From: a virus
Length of the DNA stretch: 64,000 bases
Virus record (IMG/VR): IMGVR_UViG_3300027708_000068
Coordinates: 2,616-66,615 of that record
Direction: 5' to 3' (one strand)
Below the pieces are notes generated by a model. That model saw only the letters and a list, made by a program, of their open reading frames with translations, ran no database searches and was not told the DNA's origin. Both the position numbers and the translations under genes were made by a program. Positions 8,441 to 16,475 of this stretch are shown here, one piece after another. The number at the start of each line of letters is the position of its first letter. The first letter of the stretch is position 1.

Positions 8441-8592
8441 AAAAAGAAAAGACTGAACCTAAAAAGCGTAAGGTAGTACAGAGGGATACCATAAGCCGTC
8501 AGCGTGTAGAGCAGATACAAAAAAGTGGTATCGGTGAGATGCGTAAGCGGTTGTATGAGATGGGTATATTCGGAATGAAAGATATTTTATAG
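8437..8592 (+). CDS. Small basic hypothetical protein (51 aa)
   Basis: Hand-translated MKKEKTEPKKRKVV...; ATGA overlap with the ATPase stop. Confidence 0.5.
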   Translation: MKKEKTEPKKRKVVQRDTISRQRVEQIQKSGIGEMRKRLYEMGIFGMKDIL

Positions 8593-8600
8593 GGGGTCAT

Positions 8601-8792
8601 ATGGAAAAAGAAGATGAATCGTGTGTACTTAATTGGGAGGTGTTTGTAGTTGACCATAGCGATGAACTATGGGGTGTGGGTAGGTCTGTAACTAATAGTG
8701 ATGGTAAGTTTCAGTATCAGAAATACCATAGGACATTTAACAGCGAATTAAAAGCTAAGCAAGTAGCAAACGAACTTAATAAGGAAAGCTAA
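8601..8792 (+). CDS. Hypothetical protein (63 aa)
   Basis: AGGGG RBS; stop codon within palindrome copy 8789. Confidence 0.65.
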   Translation: MEKEDESCVLNWEVFVVDHSDELWGVGRSVTNSDGKFQYQKYHRTFNSELKAKQVANELNKES

Positions 8793-8794
8793 CA

Positions 8795-10030
8795 ATGTTA
8801 GATAAAACTAAAGAAGTAGCAGATGAGTTTACGAAAGTAGATATGAGTAAAGAAGAACGCAGACTTAAGAAGGTCAAGATTTCATTAATGCGTAATTCTA
8901 GGTTTGCATTATGGTCAGGCATCCTCATGGTCGGCAAGACTTATGTGCGTGATGATATAGATACGGCTTGCACCAATGGTCGTGATGAGATTTATGGTAG
9001 TAGCTTTATCAAGTCGTTAGATGATAAAGAGTTAGCCTTTGTTGTATTACATGAGGCACTACATAAAGCATATCGTCATCTATTTACATGGCGTAAGTTG
9101 GCAGAAGAAGATAAAGAATTAACTAATGCCGCTTGTGACTATGTAATTAACTTACAGCTAGTAGAGTTAGACCCAAACCAAGAAGTGATTGCTATGCCTA
9201 TGAAAGAGGGCAAGGTAGTTGGCTTAGTAGATAAGCGATTTAAAGGTATGAACACCAAGCAAGTATTCGATATTCTAAAAGAAGAAGGTTTTGGTGGTGG
9301 CGGTGGCGGTGGTAAAGGGTTTGATGAGCATGATTGGGAAGGGGCTAAAGACTTAACTGATGAGGTTAAGAAAGAACTTGCAAAAGATATTGACCAAGCT
9401 ATGCGGTCAGGTCTTATTGCACAGACTAAGCTACATGGTAAGGGTGGCGGTGGTATGAATCGTGAACTTGATGAGTTGCTTAACCCCAAGATTGATTGGC
9501 GTGAGCAGTTGCGTGAGTTTGTCAAGACTGTTTGTGCTGGTCGTGATTCATCCTCATGGCGTAGACCGAATCGTAGATACCTAGCCCAAGATGTATATAT
9601 GCCTAGCATGGTATCCGAGAAGATTGGTCGTATTGCAATCGGTATTGATACTAGCGGTAGCCAAGGTGCGAGAGAAATTGCGGATTGTTTGTCCGAGGTT
9701 CAAGGTATCGTCAATGAGGTATGCCCACAGTTTATTGACCTTGTGTATTGGGATGCAGAAGTTGCAAACCATGAACAGTACGAAGGGTCAGCCGTATCTA
9801 ACATTGTTAGTGATACTAAAGTAATGGGTGGTGGTGGTACAGACCCTACTTGCATGGCGGTACATTTGAAAGAGCAGAGCATTAAACCTGAGTGCATCAT
9901 TCAGCTAACTGATGGCTATATCGGTAACTGGGGAACACCCGAAGAATGGCAAGATGTGCCAATGTTGTGGGCGATTGTTGGTGGTGGTAACGCAGTAGCA
10001 CCAGTCGGTAAGACTATTTACATTAACTAA
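8795..10030 (+). CDS. DUF2201-like metallopeptidase plus VWA-domain protein
   Basis: HEALH zincin motif, Gly-rich linker, MIDAS 'IDTSGS', 'GGGTD', 'LTDG'. Confidence 0.88.
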   Translation: MLDKTKEVADEFTKVDMSKEERRLKKVKISLMRNSRFALWSGILMVGKTYVRDDIDTACTNGRDEIYGSSFIKSLDDKELAFVVLHEALHKAYRHLFTWRKLAEEDKELTNAACDYVINLQLVELDPNQEVIAMPMKEGKVVGLVDKRFKGMNTKQVFDILKEEGFGGGGGGGKGFDEHDWEGAKDLTDEVKKELAKDIDQAMRSGLIAQTKLHGKGGGGMNRELDELLNPKIDWREQLREFVKTVCAGRDSSSWRRPNRRYLAQDVYMPSMVSEKIGRIAIGIDTSGSQGAREIADCLSEVQGIVNEVCPQFIDLVYWDAEVANHEQYEGSAVSNIVSDTKVMGGGGTDPTCMAVHLKEQSIKPECIIQLTDGYIGNWGTPEEWQDVPMLWAIVGGGNAVAPVGKTIYIN

Positions 10031-10040
10031 GGAGAATGAA

Positions 10041-10190
10041 ATGGATAGGTGGGAGGAAGAATTTGAAGATTTATTTGATGATGTTGAGGGTTCGTTTGCG
10101 AACATGGCTAAGGCTTACTTCAAAGCTGGATGGATGTCAGCAATTCAAATCATGCAAGACAGAGTTGGAGAGGGGTTTGATGATGAGTAA
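10041..10190 (+). CDS. Highly acidic 49-aa protein (MDRWEEEFEDLFDDVEG...)
   Basis: Not in the track; AAGGAG RBS; better supported than the N-terminal part of track ORF 10036. Confidence 0.6.
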   Translation: MDRWEEEFEDLFDDVEGSFANMAKAYFKAGWMSAIQIMQDRVGEGFDDE

Positions 10191-10431
10191 AGGCATACTA
10201 AATCTAGGCTATCAATCGTATGTAATAGATACACAAGATGCAGTTACTTTGTTTGAAATACTTAGCAAAGCGGAAAGGTATGAGGATAAGTATCGAGGCT
10301 CAGGAAATAAAAACACAATCCATGTGTGGGAGCCTGATACAGACGAGCAGAACAAGTTTAGTTTTGCACTAATCCCCAATTCTATTTATCGTGTCGCTAA
10401 GATGGCAGGTAAACCCGAGGATAAGTCATGA
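10183..10431 (+). CDS. Hypothetical protein (start MSKGILNLG)
   Basis: GAGGGG RBS; overlap coupling. Confidence 0.7.
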   Translation: MSKGILNLGYQSYVIDTQDAVTLFEILSKAERYEDKYRGSGNKNTIHVWEPDTDEQNKFSFALIPNSIYRVAKMAGKPEDKS

Positions 10432-10607
10432 AGAAATATCAAGTGCTAGTAACTGGGAGTGCATACCTAGAGGGCGAGGGTAATACCCCCGAAGAAGCTA
10501 GGTTGCAAGTGATGAACCGACTACAAAATATTCGGTTTGGTGTATGGGATTTAGATTTTGAATATGTATGTGATGAAGCAGACTTATTGGAGAATGAAGA
10601 TGATTGA
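10428..10607 (+). CDS. Hypothetical protein (59 aa, MKKYQVLVTG...)
   Basis: Hand-translated; GAGG RBS; ATGA overlap. Confidence 0.6.
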   Translation: MKKYQVLVTGSAYLEGEGNTPEEARLQVMNRLQNIRFGVWDLDFEYVCDEADLLENEDD

Positions 10608-10794
10608 AGTTACTTATGCAGATATGTTTTTAGGTGTAGTCGTTCTATTGTTGGGTGGCTTGCTGGTTAAGGCTAAGGTGGAATTGATTATGCACAAGAG
10701 ACTAACAATGTTAGGTTTACAGGCGGTGATGGAAGGTGATGCCGAGATTGTTAGAGAAGATGGATACATTCAAATTAGAGGGGTAAGAAAATGA
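10600..10794 (+). CDS. Small membrane protein
   Basis: Hydrophobic segment 'MFLGVVVLLLGGLLV'; GGAG RBS. Confidence 0.65.
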   Translation: MIEVTYADMFLGVVVLLLGGLLVKAKVELIMHKRLTMLGLQAVMEGDAEIVREDGYIQIRGVRK

Positions 10795-10964
10795 TTGTAT
10801 TTGAAATTGTAAATAAAAAGCATACTGAGAAGTTCAGCATGAAAGAGATGGGTTTAATCTATGACGCATTAAATGAGTACCCTCAATGGAACGACGATGA
10901 AGATGATAACCCAACATCTCGCATCATGAACAAACTTTATAATTTATTGGAGAACGCAGAATGA
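10791..10964 (+). CDS. Hypothetical protein (57 aa, MIVFEIVNKK...)
   Basis: Hand-translated; ATGA-coupled on both sides. Confidence 0.55.
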   Translation: MIVFEIVNKKHTEKFSMKEMGLIYDALNEYPQWNDDEDDNPTSRIMNKLYNLLENAE

Positions 10965-11812
10965 GCATAGCATCTAGCGCAGTATTAGTAGAGTTAAATA
11001 TAAGCGTTTGGCCCGCAAACAAATTAGACAAAAGTGCAACCGAAGCGGTGATTGCGGATAACTCGGCTGGCAAAAACTCGGCACAGGTTCGTAAGAATCT
11101 ATTGGCTGGCTCTAGCTTGCGTAAGGACATTAGCGATTATGCGGCTGGTACTCGCTTGTATAACAATAAGATTACTTTGCCATGGTCAGACAAGGGTGCA
11201 AGACTATTGCCGACTAGCTTGATGATGGACTACCGACCCAACATGAATAATCGACAGCAGTATTTTAATAAGCTGTTACTAAACTTTTATTCTAACTACG
11301 ATACGCTAGTAGGCACAAGTAAGATTTACATGGGCAGTCTCTTTAACGAGAATGATTACCCACCCCTTGAGGAAGTGCAGAAGAAGTTTGGCTTTCGCTT
11401 AGTCTTTTCTCCGCTAGCAGAGAAGGGGGATTTCCGTATTGATGTAGGCAACCAAGACATAGAGGAACTATCAGAGAATTATGAACAAGCGTACCAAGAA
11501 CGAGTAGCCGAAGCTATGCGCAAACCTTGGGGTGACTTGCATGATTTGCTCAAAGGTATGAGCGGTAAGTTAGCTGATGTTGATGGCGAAGAAAAGAAAA
11601 GATACCACGAATCTTTTGTGTCTAATGCTCAGGCTATGTGCGGTTTGCTTACTAACTTAAATATTACTAAAGACCCTAAGTTAGAAGAAGCTAGGCGTGC
11701 ATTGGAACTAACAATGTTAGGTGTGGACATTGAGGAAGTTAAGGATAGCCCGATAGTCAGAGTAGAGTTAAAGACGAAGATTGATGACATTCTTAAGAAG
11801 TTTGATTGGTAA
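10961..11812 (+). CDS. DUF3150-like helical protein
   Basis: 'VLVELNISVW...G.RLLP...YP..EEV..KF' pattern recalled for DUF3150-like partners of AAA/VWA modules. Confidence 0.55.
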   Translation: MSIASSAVLVELNISVWPANKLDKSATEAVIADNSAGKNSAQVRKNLLAGSSLRKDISDYAAGTRLYNNKITLPWSDKGARLLPTSLMMDYRPNMNNRQQYFNKLLLNFYSNYDTLVGTSKIYMGSLFNENDYPPLEEVQKKFGFRLVFSPLAEKGDFRIDVGNQDIEELSENYEQAYQERVAEAMRKPWGDLHDLLKGMSGKLADVDGEEKKRYHESFVSNAQAMCGLLTNLNITKDPKLEEARRALELTMLGVDIEEVKDSPIVRVELKTKIDDILKKFDW

Positions 11813-11832
11813 TATTAACTAAGGAAAACGAA

Positions 11833-12678
11833 ATGACAAATAAATTTGTAGAAAAAAGTGAGTTCATTAACACGGACTTTGATAAGTTACAAACGGATGC
11901 ACGAGCACAAACCATTCATGGGGTTAATCCACACTTAGCGGTGTTAGCGCAAGCAGTAATTGCAAAGTACCCACAATGGCAGTTAGTTGCGGTTAGGGCA
12001 GACCAGCATATTACGCACGAAAATGTAAGTGGTAGATTAGTTACTAATTTTAATATTATCGAAAAGCGTGAGAAGTTGGGTTATATCGGTTGGGACTATT
12101 CATATAGTCGTGGTGACCAATATGTAGTTGGCAACGATAGAATCTCTGAACAAATGGAACGCCAGACGCATACTAAGACTACGAAGATAGATGTAGCTAT
12201 GCGACATATTAAGAAACACTTTAGCCCCAAGACTACTGACGAACACTTTGCTAAGTCGGTTGCTGAGGCGTCACAAAACATCCATAGACAAGCGCAAAAT
12301 ATTAACTATGAGGTAAGAAGTAACTATAGTGATATACAGCAAGAAGTCCTTGATTTTGTTGATGCTAATTGGACATTATTTACATCTACGCTAAACAACA
12401 CAAAGGTTGTAATGGCAGCTAAATATTTAAACCAAAAAAACAAACTAGAAACTATAAATAAGATACAGGAAGCTAATCTAAGAAAATTGTCACACGATAT
12501 ATTGCTACGAGGTAACGAATATGTTATAAGGCATAAAGGGGTCATTAGTATTTTTGACAACGAGCATTTGCCACAAGAACTAAAAATGAAACTAGGTATG
12601 CTTAAGCTAGTAGGAGTAGGTGAGATGGTAGATGGTATTGGCTATCGTGGCACAGAAGATTGTTTTATTGTTATTTAA
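11833..12678 (+). CDS. Hypothetical protein (about 281 aa)
   Basis: AAGGA RBS before ATG 11833. Confidence 0.75.
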   Translation: MTNKFVEKSEFINTDFDKLQTDARAQTIHGVNPHLAVLAQAVIAKYPQWQLVAVRADQHITHENVSGRLVTNFNIIEKREKLGYIGWDYSYSRGDQYVVGNDRISEQMERQTHTKTTKIDVAMRHIKKHFSPKTTDEHFAKSVAEASQNIHRQAQNINYEVRSNYSDIQQEVLDFVDANWTLFTSTLNNTKVVMAAKYLNQKNKLETINKIQEANLRKLSHDILLRGNEYVIRHKGVISIFDNEHLPQELKMKLGMLKLVGVGEMVDGIGYRGTEDCFIVI

Positions 12679-12694
12679 CTAAGGAGAACTAACA

Positions 12695-12883
12695 ATGTTA
12701 GCTATTAAAAATATATTTAAAAAAGAATTAGAAAAACCAAAGGGTGAGCTACCTTTAGCGATTGATAAAAACTCAGCTTTTATTTATCAGGGCGGTGCTG
12801 ATGTGCAAAAGGTTTGGCGTAAGTATGGTTGGGTTCCACCATCTGAATATCGAACTGATTATGAATTTGGAAAGAAGGATTGA
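12695..12883 (+). CDS. Hypothetical protein (62 aa)
   Basis: AAGGAG RBS; ATG inside palindrome copy 12689. Confidence 0.7.
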   Translation: MLAIKNIFKKELEKPKGELPLAIDKNSAFIYQGGADVQKVWRKYGWVPPSEYRTDYEFGKKD

Positions 12884-12884
12884 T

Positions 12885-13061
12885 ATGACGGAAGAAACTA
12901 AAAGAAAAGGTCGAGGTAAGGGTAAAACCCCACCTATGCTAAGCACAAGTATCCGCTTATCAACAGACATAGTAGAGTATTTCAAAGGGAGGTATCCGCA
13001 TAAGTGGCAGTCAGAAATGCGGAAGGTGTTAATTAATTTTATTGGGAAGGAGAATAAATGA
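12885..13061 (+). CDS. Ribbon-helix-helix (BrnA-antitoxin-like) DNA-binding protein
   Basis: 'KGRGKGK...TSIRLSTDIVEYFK...WQSEMRKVL' matches the BrnA-type RHH pattern. Confidence 0.65.
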   Translation: MTEETKRKGRGKGKTPPMLSTSIRLSTDIVEYFKGRYPHKWQSEMRKVLINFIGKENK

Positions 13062-13324
13062 GTAATGTAATACAAGGTGCAACTGGTGCGCAGTATGAGT
13101 TATTAGATACCAGTCCGAAGAACACAGATATGGTCAATAGCCCTAGTCATTACAAAGTAGGTGGTATTGAAACGATTGACTTTATTGAAGCTAAGAATTT
13201 GGGTTATCACTTAGGTAATGCTATAAAATACATTAGCAGAGCAGACCATAAAGGCGCAAGAATTCAAGACCTAGAAAAGGCTAAGTGGTACTTGGATAGA
13301 GAGATTAAAAGACTTAGTGCCTAG
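13058..13324 (+). CDS. DUF3310 (SaV / T7 gp1.7-like) protein
   Basis: 'DMVNSPSHY..GGIETIDFI...GNAIKYISRA.HKG...DLEKA.WYL'. Confidence 0.88.
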   Translation: MSNVIQGATGAQYELLDTSPKNTDMVNSPSHYKVGGIETIDFIEAKNLGYHLGNAIKYISRADHKGARIQDLEKAKWYLDREIKRLSA

Positions 13325-13385
13325 AGCATTTCGTAAAGACAATAGCTTATAGAAGTCTTGTATATGCGGTAAGCGATTTGTCGTA

Positions 13386-13472
13386 GTAGTTGGGGTCTAG
13401 GCGCATTGGTATTTTCCCCACTACTCACCTTTCACGAACACGACGAGGGGCGTGCTAATATACTAACCCCTC
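13386..13472 (+). ncRNA. Candidate structured RNA: hairpin plus H-type pseudoknot
   Basis: GTAG-TTGGGG...CCCCA-CTAC hairpin; CACG(13439)/CGTG(13451) crossing GAGGGG(13445)/CCCCTC(13467). Confidence 0.4.
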
Positions 13473-13516
13473 ACCCCACCTAGTATTAACCCCCATAAAA
13501 AATATCCATAAACTCT

Positions 13517-13544
13517 TTGACAGAGTAAAGAACTATGCTATACT
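13517..13544 (+). promoter_or_regulatory. Promoter (class B) TTGACA-16-TATACT, probably leaderless for the VRR-NUC gene
   Basis: Shares GACAGAGTAAAGAA with the promoter at 21835; ATG 7 nt after the -10 and no SD. Confidence 0.75.
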
Positions 13545-13550
13545 CATGGC

Positions 13551-13859
13551 ATGGCTAGCACACCCGAAAAAAAAGTAAAAGACAGTTGCGTTAAGCTCTT
13601 AAAGAGCTATGGTGCATACTATTTCTACCCTGTTATGACAGGGTTTGGGCGCTCAGGAATCCCCGACATCATTAGTTGTGTTAGAGGTAAGTTCCTAGCC
13701 ATAGAGTGTAAGGCTGGCGACAATAAGACCACCGCACTACAAGAACGAGAACTACAAAAAATAAATGAGGCTGGAGGCGTATCGTTGGTAATCAATGAGA
13801 CGAACCTAACAATGTTAGATGAGATACTAAAAGGATTGACGCATGGAACGAAATTCTGA
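13551..13859 (+). CDS. VRR-NUC nuclease (Holliday junction resolvase-like)
   Basis: 'TPEKKVK...GIPDII...FLAIECKA...LQ' PD-(D/E)xK pattern. Confidence 0.85.
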   Translation: MASTPEKKVKDSCVKLLKSYGAYYFYPVMTGFGRSGIPDIISCVRGKFLAIECKAGDNKTTALQERELQKINEAGGVSLVINETNLTMLDEILKGLTHGTKF

Positions 13860-14247
13860 CTTTTGCACAGGCGTGCAGATTTTACTTAGTCGCATGGAAA
13901 GTAATCCCGAGGAGTTTATAAGCGGGGATAAGTGGTATTGGATTATGAGCAAGGTAGTAGACACTAAAAGAAACCCAACCCACAACTCAAATACTTTAGC
14001 TGAATTAACAGCCGAAGAAATTAACGCGCTCTTTGATGCGTATACGCCTTTCTTACGCAAACGTTTTGATGATTCTGTTTTGAGGGAGGTTTTAGCTGAT
14101 GGGGAAAAGGAACTATCATATTCTGTGACGTCAGCCCCACCAACCGTTTTAGGGAATTCCCATGGGGCAACATGGACAAACCATCAAACTCATGTGAACA
14201 AACACACGATGATGCTACACACGCTAGGGCTTAAGGAAACGATATGA
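13843..14247 (+). CDS. Hypothetical protein (134 aa)
   Basis: AAGGA RBS; overlap coupling. Confidence 0.7.
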   Translation: MERNSDFCTGVQILLSRMESNPEEFISGDKWYWIMSKVVDTKRNPTHNSNTLAELTAEEINALFDAYTPFLRKRFDDSVLREVLADGEKELSYSVTSAPPTVLGNSHGATWTNHQTHVNKHTMMLHTLGLKETI

Positions 14248-14939
14248 GAATCAACGTAGAATGGGGTAACCTTCCTGAACAAGTTGCGGACACAGATTTA
14301 TTAACCATTGAACCTGTACCTGTATTTAAGTTTTACCCCGAAACGGCTACCGCCGACTATCGTAAATGCCCAGCACATCAAAACCATTTTAAGAATACTT
14401 ATGTGGTATGTAGTCCTATTGATATAGAAATTACTATTAATAAAGAAGAAAATTGGTGCGATATTTTATCTCCTAAAGGACTACCCCCTGAAATATTAAA
14501 CCCAAGATTTAAAGAAGAAAATGAATCCCCATACCCAATATTTTCTCTTAGGCTGAGTCGTTTAATTTTTACCCCAAAGGATTCTCCTAAAGATGTATAT
14601 ATAGCTCAACTTGAACCTATATTAGAATGGGATAGGGATAAAAATATTCGTATTGTTGAAGGTAATTTTAATATTAGCAAATGGACTAGACCAATAGAAT
14701 CTTCTTTTGAACAACGTAATAAAACTGTTACGGTTAAATTCAAACGGGGTCAACCAATGTATTATGCAAGATTTTTTACTGATGACCCCGAAGATGTAAT
14801 TGTTTTAAATAGAGTAGAAGTATCGGAAGAAACTCTTAAAGATACAAAACGGTGTACAGACGTAAAAACTTTTTTGCCTAATAATAAACTTCAGGCTTTA
14901 TACGATTTACGCACCCAGTATTTAGAAAGTTTAAAATGA
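14244..14939 (+). CDS. Hypothetical protein (231 aa), AT-rich
   Basis: ATGA-coupled; 'KCPA' and 'FKRGQPMYYARF' suggest a beta-rich fold. Confidence 0.7.
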   Translation: MRINVEWGNLPEQVADTDLLTIEPVPVFKFYPETATADYRKCPAHQNHFKNTYVVCSPIDIEITINKEENWCDILSPKGLPPEILNPRFKEENESPYPIFSLRLSRLIFTPKDSPKDVYIAQLEPILEWDRDKNIRIVEGNFNISKWTRPIESSFEQRNKTVTVKFKRGQPMYYARFFTDDPEDVIVLNRVEVSEETLKDTKRCTDVKTFLPNNKLQALYDLRTQYLESLK

Positions 14940-15319
14940 CAGCGATGCGTAACCCCGATGCAAAACATACGGATTTTACCGACTTTATTGGGGTTATCCC
15001 TAGTAACCCTAAGTTGCTTCCGTCTAACCTAGACATGGTAATAGAACGTTTTGGTAATTTTCTAGTGGGTGAATGGAAACGACCAAACGAAAAAATTAGT
15101 TTGGGGCAAGAAATTCTTTTAAAGCGTTTAGCCACTAAAGAAGATTTTGTTGTGCTATTGATTGAAGGCGATACAGATAATGGCATGGTAGTTAATAAGA
15201 TTGAAGCCTTTACCAAAGATGGTTTGCTTACTCACATAGGCGATGATGTAAACGCACTAAAAGGGTTTATTAAATTTTGGTATGAACACGCAGAGAAGAA
15301 AGCTAGAGGAATAGCATGA
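14936..15319 (+). CDS. Hypothetical protein, PD-(D/E)xK-like
   Basis: 'SNLDMVIER.G.FLVGEWKR......GQ' pattern. Confidence 0.55.
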   Translation: MTAMRNPDAKHTDFTDFIGVIPSNPKLLPSNLDMVIERFGNFLVGEWKRPNEKISLGQEILLKRLATKEDFVVLLIEGDTDNGMVVNKIEAFTKDGLLTHIGDDVNALKGFIKFWYEHAEKKARGIA

Positions 15320-15606
15320 GAAATTTAGTACTTAAATGGTTAAGGCTAGATACTAAAGATGGAGTTGTTAGGACAATTATCCCTGAAGATGAACGTGTTT
15401 CTAGTGAATCAATAAATCACCGTATTGGAATTATTAAAACAATCAATGGGGGTTGCGTATTAGAAATTGGTACTTATAAAGTAAATTCAAGTAGTCGAAG
15501 TTTGGGACATGGAGATTGGACATACGAGTTTTATACAGTAAACGAAGACCAAAAGATTAGTGAAGCGGTTGGTGTTGTGCTTTTGATGAAAGGACTGGAA
15601 AAATGA
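15316..15606 (+). CDS. Hypothetical protein
   Basis: ATGA-coupled ORF. Confidence 0.7.
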   Translation: MRNLVLKWLRLDTKDGVVRTIIPEDERVSSESINHRIGIIKTINGGCVLEIGTYKVNSSSRSLGHGDWTYEFYTVNEDQKISEAVGVVLLMKGLEK

Positions 15607-15923
15607 ACAATGAACCAGTAGCGTATGTAGATAATGTTTGGATTAACAGACCTGATTTGGCTATGGATTTGGGAATTGGTCAAATGTTTTCAAGATGCCA
15701 ATTATCAGACCATCAAATTCCACTCTACACCCATCCAGCAAAGGAATCAAAAGCAAAGGATAGGTTTTCTAACTATGAATCAATTTGCCTACAATGTGGC
15801 ACAACTATCTACAAGCCAGCGTTTAAAACACTAACAGATGATGAAATACTTAAGTTGTATTTGGATTGCTGGGATGAAATTGAATTTGCTAGAGCAATAC
15901 TAAGAAAGGCACAAGAGAAATGA
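15603..15923 (+). CDS. Hypothetical protein (EPVA..PLYTHP..LTDDEI..FARAI type)
   Basis: Motifs common in small accessory proteins of proteobacterial phages. Confidence 0.7.
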   Translation: MNNEPVAYVDNVWINRPDLAMDLGIGQMFSRCQLSDHQIPLYTHPAKESKAKDRFSNYESICLQCGTTIYKPAFKTLTDDEILKLYLDCWDEIEFARAILRKAQEK

Positions 15924-16096
15924 ACGCAAATGAATTAGCACAAGAGTTTGAAGAGTATTTAAAAGAAATTGAGGAGTTACCTTGGGGCAACCACCAAATT
16001 TTATGTGACCAAGCCGCCGATATGCTACGCAAGCAACAATCTGAAATAGAGTATTGGAAAGAAAAGTTTAACAAAGCTATGGAGTTACAAAAATGA
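15920..16096 (+). CDS. Hypothetical protein (58 aa, MNANELAQ...)
   Basis: Hand-translated; ATGA-coupled. Confidence 0.6.
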   Translation: MNANELAQEFEEYLKEIEELPWGNHQILCDQAADMLRKQQSEIEYWKEKFNKAMELQK

Positions 16097-16257
16097 TTGA
16101 AAGCATAGTAAAACCACAACCCTTAGATAACGATGTTGCTGTTATGAAAATCATACAGCTCATGGGGCAACTAAGCGTAAACGACCTTAGCTATATCCTA
16201 AAAGTTATTGCACAGGTATATAAATCAGTTGCCGTAGATGGCGAAAGCGCTGAGTGA
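16093..16257 (+). CDS. Hypothetical protein (54 aa, MIESIVKP...)
   Basis: Hand-translated; GGAG RBS; coupled on both sides. Confidence 0.55.
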   Translation: MIESIVKPQPLDNDVAVMKIIQLMGQLSVNDLSYILKVIAQVYKSVAVDGESAE

Positions 16258-16475
16258 AAACAATTATTCATGTTAATCAGCACGTAGTTAAAGCTAACGC
16301 TAAAGATGGGGTTAATAATCCTGTGCTTACTGTTAAGACTTACAAAAGTAATACCTACGCCCACGAAGTAGAAATTAAAGGGGAAAGCAAAGTAGTGTAT
16401 TCACCTGATAAGCCTTTGTCTTGTGGTGCTAGGGTATGGATAGAAACACAAGCGGAAGTAGAAATTACTAAATAA
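16254..16475 (+). CDS. Conserved-looking small phage protein (73 aa)
   Basis: 'IHVNQHVV...PDKPLSCGARVWIET'. Confidence 0.75.
   Translation: MKTIIHVNQHVVKANAKDGVNNPVLTVKTYKSNTYAHEVEIKGESKVVYSPDKPLSCGARVWIETQAEVEITK

Larger units (their letters stand above)
2808..13818. repeat. Dispersed 13-bp palindrome CTAACAWTGTTAG, 17 copies
   Basis: Exact copies start at 2808, 3436, 5797, 6785, 7336, 8055, 8789, 9798, 10702, 11708, 12689 and 13806. One-mismatch copies start at 2924, 3733, 4541, 4994 and 6306. Confidence 0.97.

Noticed and set aside
10036-10182. N-terminal extension of track ORF 10036-10431
   Set aside because: SD spacing favours ATG 10041 in another frame, and a separate start with its own SD exists at 10183.
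10023-12685. TTAACTAAGGA repeated at 10023, 11815 and 12675
   Set aside because: Adequately explained as an A/T-rich enhancer plus Shine-Dalgarno sequence.
2808-13818. Palindrome array as a CRISPR array or integron attC cassettes
   Set aside because: Repeat is only 13 bp, gaps are 0.1-1.1 kb, most copies are inside ORFs, and there is no cas operon or integron integrase.
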